From NCBI GenBank assembly GCA_045541555.1, contig JAZQJH010000002.1, forward strand, positions 13,616 through 77,615: a stretch of 64,000 bases of DNA, read 5' to 3'. A program made the position numbers and the translations under genes. Below the pieces are notes generated by a model. It was not told the origin of the DNA, ran no database searches, and was given only the letters and a program-made list of their open reading frames with translations. Origin of the DNA: Eubacteriales bacterium. GTDB taxonomy: Bacteria > Bacillota > Clostridia > Oscillospirales > QAKW01. This document shows, piece by piece, positions 40,573-49,158 of this stretch. Within the stretch, counting starts at the first letter, position 1. The number at the start of each line of letters is the position of its first letter.

Positions 40573-40649
40573 TGGTGGGCCATCAGGGACTCGAACCCCG
40601 GACCAACCGGTTATGAGCCGGTAGCTCTAACCAACTGAGCTAATGGCCC
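40573..40649 (-). tRNA. tRNA with CAU anticodon (elongator Met or lysidine-modified Ile2; Ile2-like by eye)
   Basis: The reverse complement GGGCCATTAGCTCAGTTGGTTAGAGCTACCGGCTCATAACCGGTTGGTCCGGGGTTCGAGTCCCTGATGGCCCACCA folds as a cloverleaf. The anticodon loop is CTCATAA. Confidence 0.85.
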
Positions 40650-40711
40650 TCATGCATTTATGTATTTTAACATAAGTATAATTTATTGTCAAGAAATAAT
40701 GAGGAGAATTC

Positions 40712-40990
40712 GTGGAACTGTCAGAAAAGATTTTTGCAATTGGAATATTGGTTTGGAATTTATGGGTCTTTCTTTTGATGGGCGTCGATAAAAGAAAAGC
40801 AATCAAAGGGAAACGCCGTATTTCGGAGCGAACACTACTGCTTTCTGCTCTTTGTTTTGGCGCTTTAGGTAGCTTTTGCGGAATGAAACTTTTTCATCAT
40901 AAGACCCTCCACAACCGTTTTCGTTACGGTTTGCCGGTGATGCTGGTTTTGCAGGTTGTTCTTATTATCTTCTTGACATTTTATTATTAA
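40712..40990 (+). CDS. DUF1294 family small membrane protein
   Basis: GVDKRKAIKGKRRISERTLLLSALCFGALGSFCGMKLFHHKT. Confidence 0.75.
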   Translation: MELSEKIFAIGILVWNLWVFLLMGVDKRKAIKGKRRISERTLLLSALCFGALGSFCGMKLFHHKTLHNRFRYGLPVMLVLQVVLIIFLTFYY

Positions 40991-41040
40991 TTTGCTATAA
41001 TTCATTCCAATATTATTTTGAATGGGGGAATTATTACTCT

Positions 41041-42336
41041 ATGGATATAGTTGGCCCGATATTGCTGCAGCTTGTTTTGATTGCGCTGAACGCTATCTTT
41101 GCTTGTGCAGAAATCGCCGTATTGTCCATCAATGAAACCAAGGTTGCTAAAATGGCAGAAGAGGGAAATAGAAAGGCTAAAAAGCTGAATAAGCTGATTG
41201 CCGATCCTGCCCGTTTTCTTGCTACGATTCAGGTGGCGATCACCTTGTCCGGATTTTTGGGCAGTGCATTTGCCGCTGATAATTTTTCTGAGCCCATCGT
41301 GCAAGGTTTGCTTCAGTTGGGCGTAAAAATTCCGGAAGCTACTTTGGATGTGATCGCTGTTGTTGCGATCACGTTGCTGCTGTCATTTGTTACGCTGGTG
41401 TGTGGTGAACTGGTTCCCAAGCGTGTTGCGATGCAAAAGACGGAGCAGTTAGCTCTTGGTCTTTCCGGATCTATTAGTTTGATTTCGAAAATCTTTGCAC
41501 CGCTCGTCATGTTGCTGACGGCTTGTACCAACGGCGTTTTGCGACTGATGGGGATCGATCCTCATGCCAGCGAGGAGCAGGTCAGCGAAGAAGATATTTT
41601 GATGATGGCCGACGCCGGTACGGAAAAGGGTATCATCGACGAAGAAGAAAATGAATTGATTCAGAACGTATTTGAGTTTGATGATCTGACTGTCGGTCAG
41701 GCAATGACTCACCGTACGGAGCTGGTATCTCTCTGGGCAGAGGATTCGATGGAGGAGTGGAAAAAGACCATCATCGAAAAGCCTCATACTTTTTATCCTA
41801 TTTGCGAGGATAACGCCGACCAGGTGGTGGGGGTTTTGGATTCTCGTAAGTTCTTCCGTCTGCCGGAACTGACTAAAAGGGAGGCGATGGAACACGCGGT
41901 GGTGAAACCGCTCCTGGCCTCCTCTCAAATGAAGACGGATGATCTGTTCCGCCAAATGAAAACGACTAAAAATCATTTCGCTGTCGTCATTGATGAATTC
42001 GGCGGAACCGATGGTATTGTGACGATCAATGATCTGATCGAGTTACTTGTGGGTGAGTTGGAAGAGACGCCTACCGATATTATTGAGCAAGATGAGCTTA
42101 CTTATAAGATCGAGGGCGATACCGAACTCAATAAGGTGGAGCGTGAATTAAAGCTCGACCTTGAAAGCGGTGCAGCCACTTTGAGCGGCTGGATCGTGGA
42201 GCAGCTTGGCAGTATCCCTCAAAAGGGTGATGAATTCCACTATGAAAAGTTTAACGTCAGCATCACGAAAGTAGATGAAAAGCGCGTACTGGAAGCAGTC
42301 ATTAAGCTGGATCCTCCTACTGAGGAAGAGGAATAA
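41041..42336 (+). CDS. Hemolysin-family/CNNM protein (DUF21 TM domain, CBS pair, CorC_HlyC)
   Basis: 431 aa with the typical domain order and N-terminus (LLQLVLIALNAIFACAEIAVLS). Confidence 0.85.
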   Translation: MDIVGPILLQLVLIALNAIFACAEIAVLSINETKVAKMAEEGNRKAKKLNKLIADPARFLATIQVAITLSGFLGSAFAADNFSEPIVQGLLQLGVKIPEATLDVIAVVAITLLLSFVTLVCGELVPKRVAMQKTEQLALGLSGSISLISKIFAPLVMLLTACTNGVLRLMGIDPHASEEQVSEEDILMMADAGTEKGIIDEEENELIQNVFEFDDLTVGQAMTHRTELVSLWAEDSMEEWKKTIIEKPHTFYPICEDNADQVVGVLDSRKFFRLPELTKREAMEHAVVKPLLASSQMKTDDLFRQMKTTKNHFAVVIDEFGGTDGIVTINDLIELLVGELEETPTDIIEQDELTYKIEGDTELNKVERELKLDLESGAATLSGWIVEQLGSIPQKGDEFHYEKFNVSITKVDEKRVLEAVIKLDPPTEEEE

Positions 42337-42375
42337 AAGTAAGAGCCGAAAGGATTTTTTTCCTTTCGGCTCTTT

Positions 42376-43575
42376 TTAATATTCAAACAGTTGATCAAAT
42401 CCAATGGCACCGGCGTTGTACAATACAATTACAATATCCGGTTGGCTTTCGGCAATGTAATCTTGCACCGGCGTGTCATTGTACCGAACGTCAAAGGTAT
42501 CAACCTGACCGGCAGCCAATGCCAGAAACGGAGCCACTGCGCAAGAAAAAGAATCTCTGATGAGCAGGATCTTCTTTCCGTTTGGATTGTTGAGATTTTT
42601 GATATGGGTCAAGGGGTAGTCCCCACCGGAATAGACGTAGTAGGGGCTTTTATTATAGTAATCTTTGTTTTGTACATGGGCATAGTCCATGACGGTATCT
42701 TGAAAGGCACCCTCTTTGGAAAAATTATGAACAGGTACGTCATAGCGGAGTTTCGTTTCAAATTGGGGGAGGAGGATATCGACGTCGTCTGCTCCGGCAT
42801 AAAGAGATCCGACACGCTTTCCCTGACTGCCTAAAAAGATATTTTGATAAGTCTTGAGATCAAAATTTTTGCGATCGGTTACGCTTGGATCAACGGAGAA
42901 CCCATAGTTATTTTCTAATGTGTCGCAAAGGGTGGTGTACGCCCAGAATGCGGCCTCCGTATTCCAATGAGAATCGGTTCGGTAAAATAGTTTACTATGA
43001 TCTAAGCCTTGCATTTTGATGGCTTCGCGCAGATCCAGCGTGGGAATATTTTGCTCTTTCAGTCCCTTTAGCAGGTGATCTGCATTTTCGTTGGCATGAT
43101 CTTCGGTTCCGGTCGGGAGCTGCGGGTCGGAGGGATCAATTTTAAAAGGGGCTTGAACATAAAGCAACGGTGTGCCTTGTTTTTCACAAAATTCCGATAA
43201 TGTGGCAAGTTTTTTTACTTTCCAGTCCGTTTCGGTGGAATGGACCGTAAATGTGAGTTGTCCGTTATCCAGGCGGTGCACTTTTAAGGTGGGGTCTGCA
43301 TCCTCGATAACGCGCTTTCCGACTAATCGTTGAAATCCGCCGTTCAGATCGATAAAGGTGTTTCTTAATGGATTTCTTTGGTTGAGTTGCTCTTCTGTTA
43401 CATCAATGGCACTGTTAATTTTTTGCAAAAAACTGCTTTCTTCGTTGATGGAGTTTCGATAGTAGTAGAGAATCTCCGTGCGAAGGTCGGCATGATTTAA
43501 GGCCAAAAGAAGCAACATCGCAAAAATGACGATCAAAAAGAGGAGGGCAGTGATTTTTTGACTGATATTTTTCAT
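42376..43575 (-). CDS. DHHW/AlgX-DltD-like extracytoplasmic protein (partner of the MBOAT O-acyltransferase)
   Basis: N-terminal anchor, YRTDSHWN motif, and a position immediately downstream of the MBOAT gene. Confidence 0.6.
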   Translation of the reverse strand: MKNISQKITALLFLIVIFAMLLLLALNHADLRTEILYYYRNSINEESSFLQKINSAIDVTEEQLNQRNPLRNTFIDLNGGFQRLVGKRVIEDADPTLKVHRLDNGQLTFTVHSTETDWKVKKLATLSEFCEKQGTPLLYVQAPFKIDPSDPQLPTGTEDHANENADHLLKGLKEQNIPTLDLREAIKMQGLDHSKLFYRTDSHWNTEAAFWAYTTLCDTLENNYGFSVDPSVTDRKNFDLKTYQNIFLGSQGKRVGSLYAGADDVDILLPQFETKLRYDVPVHNFSKEGAFQDTVMDYAHVQNKDYYNKSPYYVYSGGDYPLTHIKNLNNPNGKKILLIRDSFSCAVAPFLALAAGQVDTFDVRYNDTPVQDYIAESQPDIVIVLYNAGAIGFDQLFEY

Positions 43576-43584
43576 GGCGCCTCC

Positions 43585-44976
43585 TTAAAAATTAAAATAA
43601 ATGAAGGGGTTATATCCACCCTTGATCAGATAACTGACAGAGAGGAAAAAGATAAGAATGAGCAAGGCGGGGGAAAGGATTCGAAAGATTTTTTGGTCCG
43701 TGAAACGTTTTGCAATTGGCACCGAAAAGAAGGAGCCCAGAATCAGACACCAAGCACTTTCACGCAGCCATAAGAGGGCGGTGCTGTCGTATAGTTTTCC
43801 GCCCATGCCGATCATAGAAGAGAGATATTGGAAAGCCTCTCCGGCTGTGGCAGAACGGAAAAGTACCCACCCGAATACAACAAGGATTAACGTTGAAATA
43901 TTTCCAAGGATGGGAATGTTTTTGGTTTTTTTATCCCATCCGCTCCATTTTTCAATGGCAATAAGGGCGAAATAATAAAGACCCCAGAGGATGAAAGTCC
44001 AAGCAGCACCATGCCAAAGACCGGTCAGCGACCAGACGACGAAGAGGTTGAAAACCAACCGCCATTTTGAAGCGACTCGGCTTCCGCCCAGAGGAAAATA
44101 GACATAGTCCCGGAAATAACTGCCGAGAGAAATGTGCCATCTTCTCCAGAATTCAGAAATAGAGCGAGAAATATAGGGATAATCAAAGTTTTCAAGGAAA
44201 TGGAAACCAAACATCCGTCCAAGTCCGATCGCCATATCGGAATAGCCGGAAAAGTCGTAATAAATCTGCAGGGAATAAGCAATGGCACCCAGCCAAGCCA
44301 TAGCGGTAGAGGGCGTGCCGACACCAAAGGCCGCATCGGCACAAAGTGCTAATTGATTAGAAAGCAAGACCTTTTTTCCGAGTCCGACAATGAAGCGGCA
44401 GACACCTTCAGAAAAGTCGTCGAGATTTTCTTTACGGTGCTTGATCTCGTAGGCTACTGTTTCATACCGGACGATGGGACCGGCGATCAATTGCGGGAAA
44501 AAGGAAACGTAAAGACCGACGTTTAAAGGATTCTTTTGAATTTCTCCTCTTCCGCGATGAACGTCAAATACATAGGACATCGCTTGGAATGTAAAGAAAG
44601 AGATGCCGATCGGCAGATTGATGACGGGAATGGTAAGCTGTAGGCCGGTCACCGCGTTGATAGTTCCCATGGTAAACATCAGATACTTGAAGATAAAAAG
44701 GATTGCAAGATTAACAATTACTGTCAAGGCAAGGACATCTTTACCTGGTTTTTGCTTCTTTTTGCAGGCATCGACCCAGAGTGCAAATCCCCAGTTGACC
44801 AGGATTGAACCAATCATTACCAATACAAACCACGGCTCGCCCCATGCATAAAAGAAGAGGCTGGTGATGAGGAGCCAAATGTTTTGAGCACCGCGGTATT
44901 TTTTCAGAGGACCATAATAAACGGCCAATACAAGCGGAAGAAATATGAATAAAAATATGGAACTTGAAAAAAGCAT
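43585..44976 (-). CDS. MBOAT family O-acyltransferase (AlgI/DltB-like)
   Basis: 463 aa, polytopic, with a conserved His region (FWRRWHISLGSYFRDYVYFPLGG). Confidence 0.85.
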   Translation of the reverse strand: MLFSSSIFLFIFLPLVLAVYYGPLKKYRGAQNIWLLITSLFFYAWGEPWFVLVMIGSILVNWGFALWVDACKKKQKPGKDVLALTVIVNLAILFIFKYLMFTMGTINAVTGLQLTIPVINLPIGISFFTFQAMSYVFDVHRGRGEIQKNPLNVGLYVSFFPQLIAGPIVRYETVAYEIKHRKENLDDFSEGVCRFIVGLGKKVLLSNQLALCADAAFGVGTPSTAMAWLGAIAYSLQIYYDFSGYSDMAIGLGRMFGFHFLENFDYPYISRSISEFWRRWHISLGSYFRDYVYFPLGGSRVASKWRLVFNLFVVWSLTGLWHGAAWTFILWGLYYFALIAIEKWSGWDKKTKNIPILGNISTLILVVFGWVLFRSATAGEAFQYLSSMIGMGGKLYDSTALLWLRESAWCLILGSFFSVPIAKRFTDQKIFRILSPALLILIFFLSVSYLIKGGYNPFIYFNF

Positions 44977-45041
44977 CCGCCCTCTCCTTTCGTCAAATAG
45001 CTAAAATAGTATAACATATTTTTGTTGAGTTTACAATATAA

Positions 45042-45134
45042 AGGTGGAAAGAAACCGAAACGTTGAACCTTGAGATTCCGAAAGAGGTGGTTGCCGATCA
45101 TCTACCGATGATTGCGACCTTGGAGGTAAAGTGA
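45042..45134 (+). pseudogene. Orphan C-terminal remnant of an endonuclease/exonuclease/phosphatase (EEP) family gene
   Basis: The short frame ends ...EVVADHLPMIATLEVK*, a typical EEP C-terminus (SDHxP). No upstream body is present. Confidence 0.45.
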
Positions 45135-45750
45135 AGTTGAGACTGAAAGTAAGTTCTTTTAATATTCAGCATGGTGTAAATCACGCGCAGCGTCTTGAGG
45201 ACGAAAAGCCGCAGGTGGATCTGGATCGGATGGCGGATCATATCGCCGAAATGGGTGCCGACATCGTAGGTATCCAGGAGATCTATACATTGTTTCGAAA
45301 TATCCTATTATTAGCATGAATACATTTCATATTTCCGTTCCAGAGGATGAGCGTATTTATGTGGAAAAAAACTATGAAGAACGGGTCTTGATGGTTTGTA
45401 AGATCGATGTGGATGGAAAAATCATCACCTTTATGAATAGCCACTTTGGCTTGACTCCCGATGCAAAAGCGTTGGCTACCCAAACTGTTTTGAGAGAAAA
45501 AGCAAAGATCGAAGGAGCTGTGATCTTCACCGATGATCTCAATCTGCGTCCTCATATGGAGTGGTATCCGCTCCTGGCTGAGGCGTTTACCGATTGTATC
45601 GAGAAGAATACCGATCCGGAAGTGGATCCTGCAGTACGTATCGACTATATCTTCGTGGATGGCGGTATCAAGCCGCTATTCTATGAAAAGCGTAAAGAGA
45701 TCATCTCGGATCATCGCGCAATCTGGGCAGAGCTGGAGATCGAAAAATAA
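45131..45750 (+). pseudogene. EEP family gene disrupted by a frameshift near 45290-45320
   Basis: The N-terminal fragment (45131-45319: KVSSFNIQHG...GADIVGIQEIY) and the C-terminal fragment (45316-45750: ...DYIFVDG...SDHRAIWAELEI) lie in different frames. Confidence 0.6.
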
Positions 45751-45753
45751 TTT

Positions 45754-45786
45754 AAAAGAGGTGGGCGTTATGCCCACCTCTTTTTT
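45754..45786 (+). terminator. Intrinsic terminator
   Basis: aaaagaggtgggc-gtta-tgcccacctctttttt. Confidence 0.75.
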
Positions 45787-45811
45787 GCACGATGTGGCTT
45801 GAACCGCAGAA

Positions 45812-45868
45812 GGCAAGAGGCCGCAGGTTCATGCAGTGACTTAGATAATAAAAAAGAAGTTCTCGAAA
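45812..45868 (+). repeat. 57-bp direct repeat, left copy (island boundary)
   Basis: ggcaagaggccgcaggttcatgcagtgacttagataataaaaaagaagttctcgaaa is identical to 57399-57455. Confidence 0.9.
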
Positions 45869-45898
45869 GGGAGACACTCCGTAAGGAAGTTGTCTCCC
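45869..45898. repeat. Left terminal hairpin module of the MATE cassette
   Basis: gggagaca-ctccgtaaggaagt-tgtctccc. The loop is the reverse complement of the loop in the hairpin at 47704-47735. Confidence 0.7.
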
Positions 45899-45960
45899 TT
45901 CGTCTTTTGTATTATCACCGATAGTGGCACAAAGTAATACAAATACAATATCTCAAGCAC

Positions 45961-45989
45961 TTGACATTATTTCCAATCAAAGGTATACT
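45961..45989 (+). promoter_or_regulatory. Sigma-A promoter upstream of the MATE gene
   Basis: TTGACA, a 17-nt spacer, then TATACT. It is followed by a ~130-nt leader with several hairpins. Confidence 0.55.
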
Positions 45990-46120
45990 AATATAAAATA
46001 CATATTGGTCACCGGAGACAGAGCGCCGTAGTGCTCATATTGTCGGATTAGGTGTCCGAGTGAGCTCGGGTTATTGTGAACACAATGGCCGGAGCCTTTT
46101 TCTTTTTTAGGGAGGATTTT

Positions 46121-47470
46121 ATGGATTCTGAGATTTTTGAAAAATTATCGCCGACAAAATTATTTTTTTGTCTGGCCATACCGTCGATGATCACCATGGC
46201 GTTTGGTGCGCTTTATCAAATCGCAGACGGTCTGTTTGTTGGTCGGTTCATTGGTGGAGATGCCCTTGCCGCTGTTAATCTGATTATGCCGATCATTATG
46301 ATTGTTTTCGGCTTTGCCAACCTGATCGCCACTGGCGCATCGGTGCGAATTTCAATTTTACTAGGTGAGAAAAATCGAGAAGAAGCATCCAAGGTGTTTA
46401 CCTATACGCTCAAGGTGATCTTTTTGATTTCCTGTGTGTTAGGAGTTTTAGGGCTTGTATTCGCCGAAACATTCGTCCGCTTCTTGGCGCCGGGCGCAAC
46501 GGAACTTGCCATTCAATACGGCATCACCTACACCCGCATTTATGCCGCCTTTGCACCCTTAATGCTGATCTACCACGCAACCGACAACTATCTTCGAGTT
46601 TGCGGAAAAGAAAAGGTATCAATGTGGCTGAGCATTGCCACCCAAGCCTTCAATATCGTTCTTGACGTGATCCTCATTGTGTTCCTTGGTCAAGGGGTCT
46701 GGGCGGCGGCTTTCACCAGTTGCCTTGCGATGGCGCTCGGCTCGGTGATTACGCTTTTAATGTTCCGCAAAAAACGGATGGATTTATATTATGTCAAAGG
46801 GAAAATCCAAAGCACCATTTTCTTCCGCATTCTTGCCAACGGTTCCAGTGAGTTTTTCAGCAGTATTTCCATGTCTGTTATGTCCATCGTATTCAATTTC
46901 TTTTTACTGAAGTACGGCGGCACAACTGGGGTGGCCGCATTCTCGGTCATTATGTATGTGGATAGCATTGCGGGAATGCTGCTGTTTGGTATGGCCGATG
47001 CCCAGCAGCCCGCTATCAGCTATTGCTATGGCGCAGGTCAAATGAACAAGGTGAAATCGCTGTTTCGTTGCGTCATTCTGGGTGGCATTTCACTTTCCGC
47101 CATTGCCTTGGTGTTTATGTTGTTTGTCGGGCAATACGTAGCACCGCTCTTTGTCAAGCCGGAGGACACCGAGCTTTTGGCGGTGAGCATTATCGGGATG
47201 AAACTGTTTTCACTGTCCTATCTCACCGGTTGGGTGGATATGTGTTTTTCCTCCTATTTCACCGCATTGGAGCGACCCGCAAGATCTATGCTTGTTTCCC
47301 TCTTTGGAACGCTCATATTCCCAATTTCCGCATTGTGTATTATGGCGCCGTTGCTGCAACTGAACGGTGTTTGGCTTAGCGTATTGGTATCCTGCACGCT
47401 AAGTGCAATCTTTACATTGATTTTGTATATAACAATGAGAAAAAACTTTAAACTCAAATCTTTTCAATAA
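46121..47470 (+). CDS. MATE family efflux transporter
   Basis: 449 aa from the ATG at 46121 (RBS AGGGAGG), with 12 TM helices and a typical MATE N-terminus (PSMITMAFGALYQIADGLFVGRFIG). Confidence 0.85.
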   Translation: MDSEIFEKLSPTKLFFCLAIPSMITMAFGALYQIADGLFVGRFIGGDALAAVNLIMPIIMIVFGFANLIATGASVRISILLGEKNREEASKVFTYTLKVIFLISCVLGVLGLVFAETFVRFLAPGATELAIQYGITYTRIYAAFAPLMLIYHATDNYLRVCGKEKVSMWLSIATQAFNIVLDVILIVFLGQGVWAAAFTSCLAMALGSVITLLMFRKKRMDLYYVKGKIQSTIFFRILANGSSEFFSSISMSVMSIVFNFFLLKYGGTTGVAAFSVIMYVDSIAGMLLFGMADAQQPAISYCYGAGQMNKVKSLFRCVILGGISLSAIALVFMLFVGQYVAPLFVKPEDTELLAVSIIGMKLFSLSYLTGWVDMCFSSYFTALERPARSMLVSLFGTLIFPISALCIMAPLLQLNGVWLSVLVSCTLSAIFTLILYITMRKNFKLKSFQ

Positions 47471-47703
47471 ACATTAAGGATAATAGAACAGCAAAACGGA
47501 TTACGCTTTGCGGGTGTATCCGCAGATAACAGGGCAACGCCCCATCACTCTCGTAAAGCCCACTGACATCTTTGCACGGAGTATCCGTGAAAGTGTCATA
47601 GTGGGTTACACACTTTGAAAAGGTGTGTAACAAAAAACGGCATAGCCAATAGCTATACCGCTTAACGAAATCAATTATTCAGTTTAGATACAAGAGCTAC
47701 CCC

Positions 47704-47735
47704 TTGGGGCACCTTCCTTACGGAGGGTGCCCCAA
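47704..47735. repeat. Right terminal hairpin module of the MATE cassette
   Basis: ttggggcacc-ttccttacggag-ggtgccccaa. Confidence 0.7.
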
Positions 47736-47736
47736 G

Positions 47737-47773
47737 AGAACTTCTTTTTTATGGTGCGAGTGTTCATAACGGA
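47737..47773 (+). other. attL of the serine-recombinase element
   Basis: agaacttcttttttatggt (identical to the tRNA-Pro terminator/3' end at 57457-57475) is joined to gcgagtgttcataacgga, which is the inverted repeat of 57251-57267. Confidence 0.75.
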
Positions 47774-47886
47774 CTTGATAAAAAGTATTGAAACACCGGC
47801 AGAAACACACATATTTTTCACTCACACATTTGTGTATTTCAAGGTTTCTTCGTAAAATAAAACTACAGAAACGAGGAAACAAGATT

Positions 47887-48186
47887 ATGTCAAAATTTAT
47901 TGAAGAATTCTATTACGGTAACATTGATCCCCAAGCACGAAGCACTAAACAGAATAAGACAGTTCAAAAGCAGATGGAAGTCCTTATGCTCAACGAAGAA
48001 TTTCTAACCGAAGCACTTACGGGTGAAAACAAAAAGAAGTTTCTTGATTTTGTCAATGCTTGGAGCATCGTCAACGGAGAATCAAATCTCGACAGCTTTA
48101 TTATGGGATTTCGATTGGGGGCAAACTTCGCATACGATACTTTTGTATCAACCGAAGCACCGTTTAAGGATTTATTGAAGGAGTGA
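47887..48186 (+). CDS. Hypothetical protein (element backbone)
   Basis: 99 aa from the ATG at 47887 (MSKFIEEFYYGNIDPQARS...). The RBS is GAGGAA. Confidence 0.6.
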   Translation: MSKFIEEFYYGNIDPQARSTKQNKTVQKQMEVLMLNEEFLTEALTGENKKKFLDFVNAWSIVNGESNLDSFIMGFRLGANFAYDTFVSTEAPFKDLLKE

Positions 48187-48191
48187 AAGAT

Positions 48192-48374
48192 ATGTCGAAG
48201 AAGTATTACATAGCTCTTGATTATTTTGAGAGAGGAACAATTATTAACTGTCTTAATGAAAAGCGTAATAAGCTTATTGCAGATGGTAAATACACCGATG
48301 CGGTTGATGAAGTATTGCTCAAAATCCTTAATGCAAAACAAAAGAAATTCAAAGTGGTTTACAAGGAGGCTTAA
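48192..48374 (+). CDS. Hypothetical small protein (element backbone)
   Basis: 60 aa from the ATG at 48192 (MSKKYYIALDYFERGTIINCLNEKRNKL...). The RBS is AAGGAG. Confidence 0.55.
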   Translation: MSKKYYIALDYFERGTIINCLNEKRNKLIADGKYTDAVDEVLLKILNAKQKKFKVVYKEA

Positions 48375-48376
48375 TT

Positions 48377-48760
48377 ATGGAAAAGCGGATTTACAATGAA
48401 CAAACGGGTATCGGCTACACCTTGCAAGGCGAGTATTATTTGCCTAATCTCGAACTCCCCGAACAGGAAGATAAGCCAATAGGCTTGTGGGGACAACGAC
48501 ATCTTAGATACATAAAACAGCATAGGAAAATCCTTTACATCAATTTGCTGACAAGCGGAAAGTTAAATGAACATCTCGCTGATATTGATAAGCAAGCTGA
48601 AGATATGTTCTTTCGGCACGTAAAGCAGATGGCAGAATGTGAGAGTGTAACCGAACAACTCAAAGCCGATAACCAAATGGAGTGGGTTGTTCGGATGAAT
48701 AGCATTCGTAATAACGCTGTTGAAATAGTAAACAGTGAGTTGATATACAGTGAGGTATAA
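48377..48760 (+). CDS. tnpV: TnpV-like protein
   Basis: MEKRIYNEQTGIGYTLQGEYYLPNLELPEQEDKPIGLWGQRHLRYIKQH...LLTSGKLNEHLADIDKQAE matches my recollection of the TnpV family from Tn4451-type clostridial elements. Confidence 0.7.
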   Translation: MEKRIYNEQTGIGYTLQGEYYLPNLELPEQEDKPIGLWGQRHLRYIKQHRKILYINLLTSGKLNEHLADIDKQAEDMFFRHVKQMAECESVTEQLKADNQMEWVVRMNSIRNNAVEIVNSELIYSEV

Positions 48761-48769
48761 AGACATGAA

Positions 48770-48798
48770 GGGCATCACATATCGTGGTGCCCTTTTTT
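48770..48798 (+). terminator. Intrinsic terminator after tnpV
   Basis: gggcatcac-atatc-gtggtgccc followed by tttttt. Confidence 0.65.
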
Positions 48799-48893
48799 GC
48801 AATTCAAAAATATTTCTCGATTCTCAATATAATGTTGCGTTTTGAGATTTTTTATGTTAAAATATAGAATATATCAATCGGGGGTGTGATTAT

Positions 48894-49112
48894 ATGGCTA
48901 TTACATATAACAAACTTTGGAAACTAATGATTGACAAAGGAATCAATAAAACTCAACTTCGCACAAAGGCTGGCATTAGCACTAATGCCATGGCGAAACT
49001 TGGTAAAAACGAAAGTGTAACAACCGATGTTTTAGTAAAGATTTGTACGGCCCTACAATGTGATATTGGCGATATTATGGAAATTGTACCAACGTCTAAT
49101 AACCAACAATAA
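48894..49112 (+). CDS. XRE-family HTH protein, controller (C-protein)-like, first gene of the cargo operon
   Basis: 72 aa (KGINKTQLRTKAGISTNAMAKLGKNESVTTDVLVKICTALQCDIGDIMEIV). It lies 46 nt upstream of the RM gene. An inverted repeat tctcaa...ttgaga sits in its promoter region. Confidence 0.75.
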   Translation: MAITYNKLWKLMIDKGINKTQLRTKAGISTNAMAKLGKNESVTTDVLVKICTALQCDIGDIMEIVPTSNNQQ

Positions 49113-49158
49113 ACACATTATATATGCGAATTTCCGTGTTACATAAAGGAGAATAAAA

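Noticed and set aside
45990-46120. A guanidine-I (ykkC) riboswitch in the MATE leader.
   Set aside because: Only a loose GGTGTCCGAGTG resemblance was seen. The conserved ACGGAGGGA and GGGTTCCGG elements are missing.
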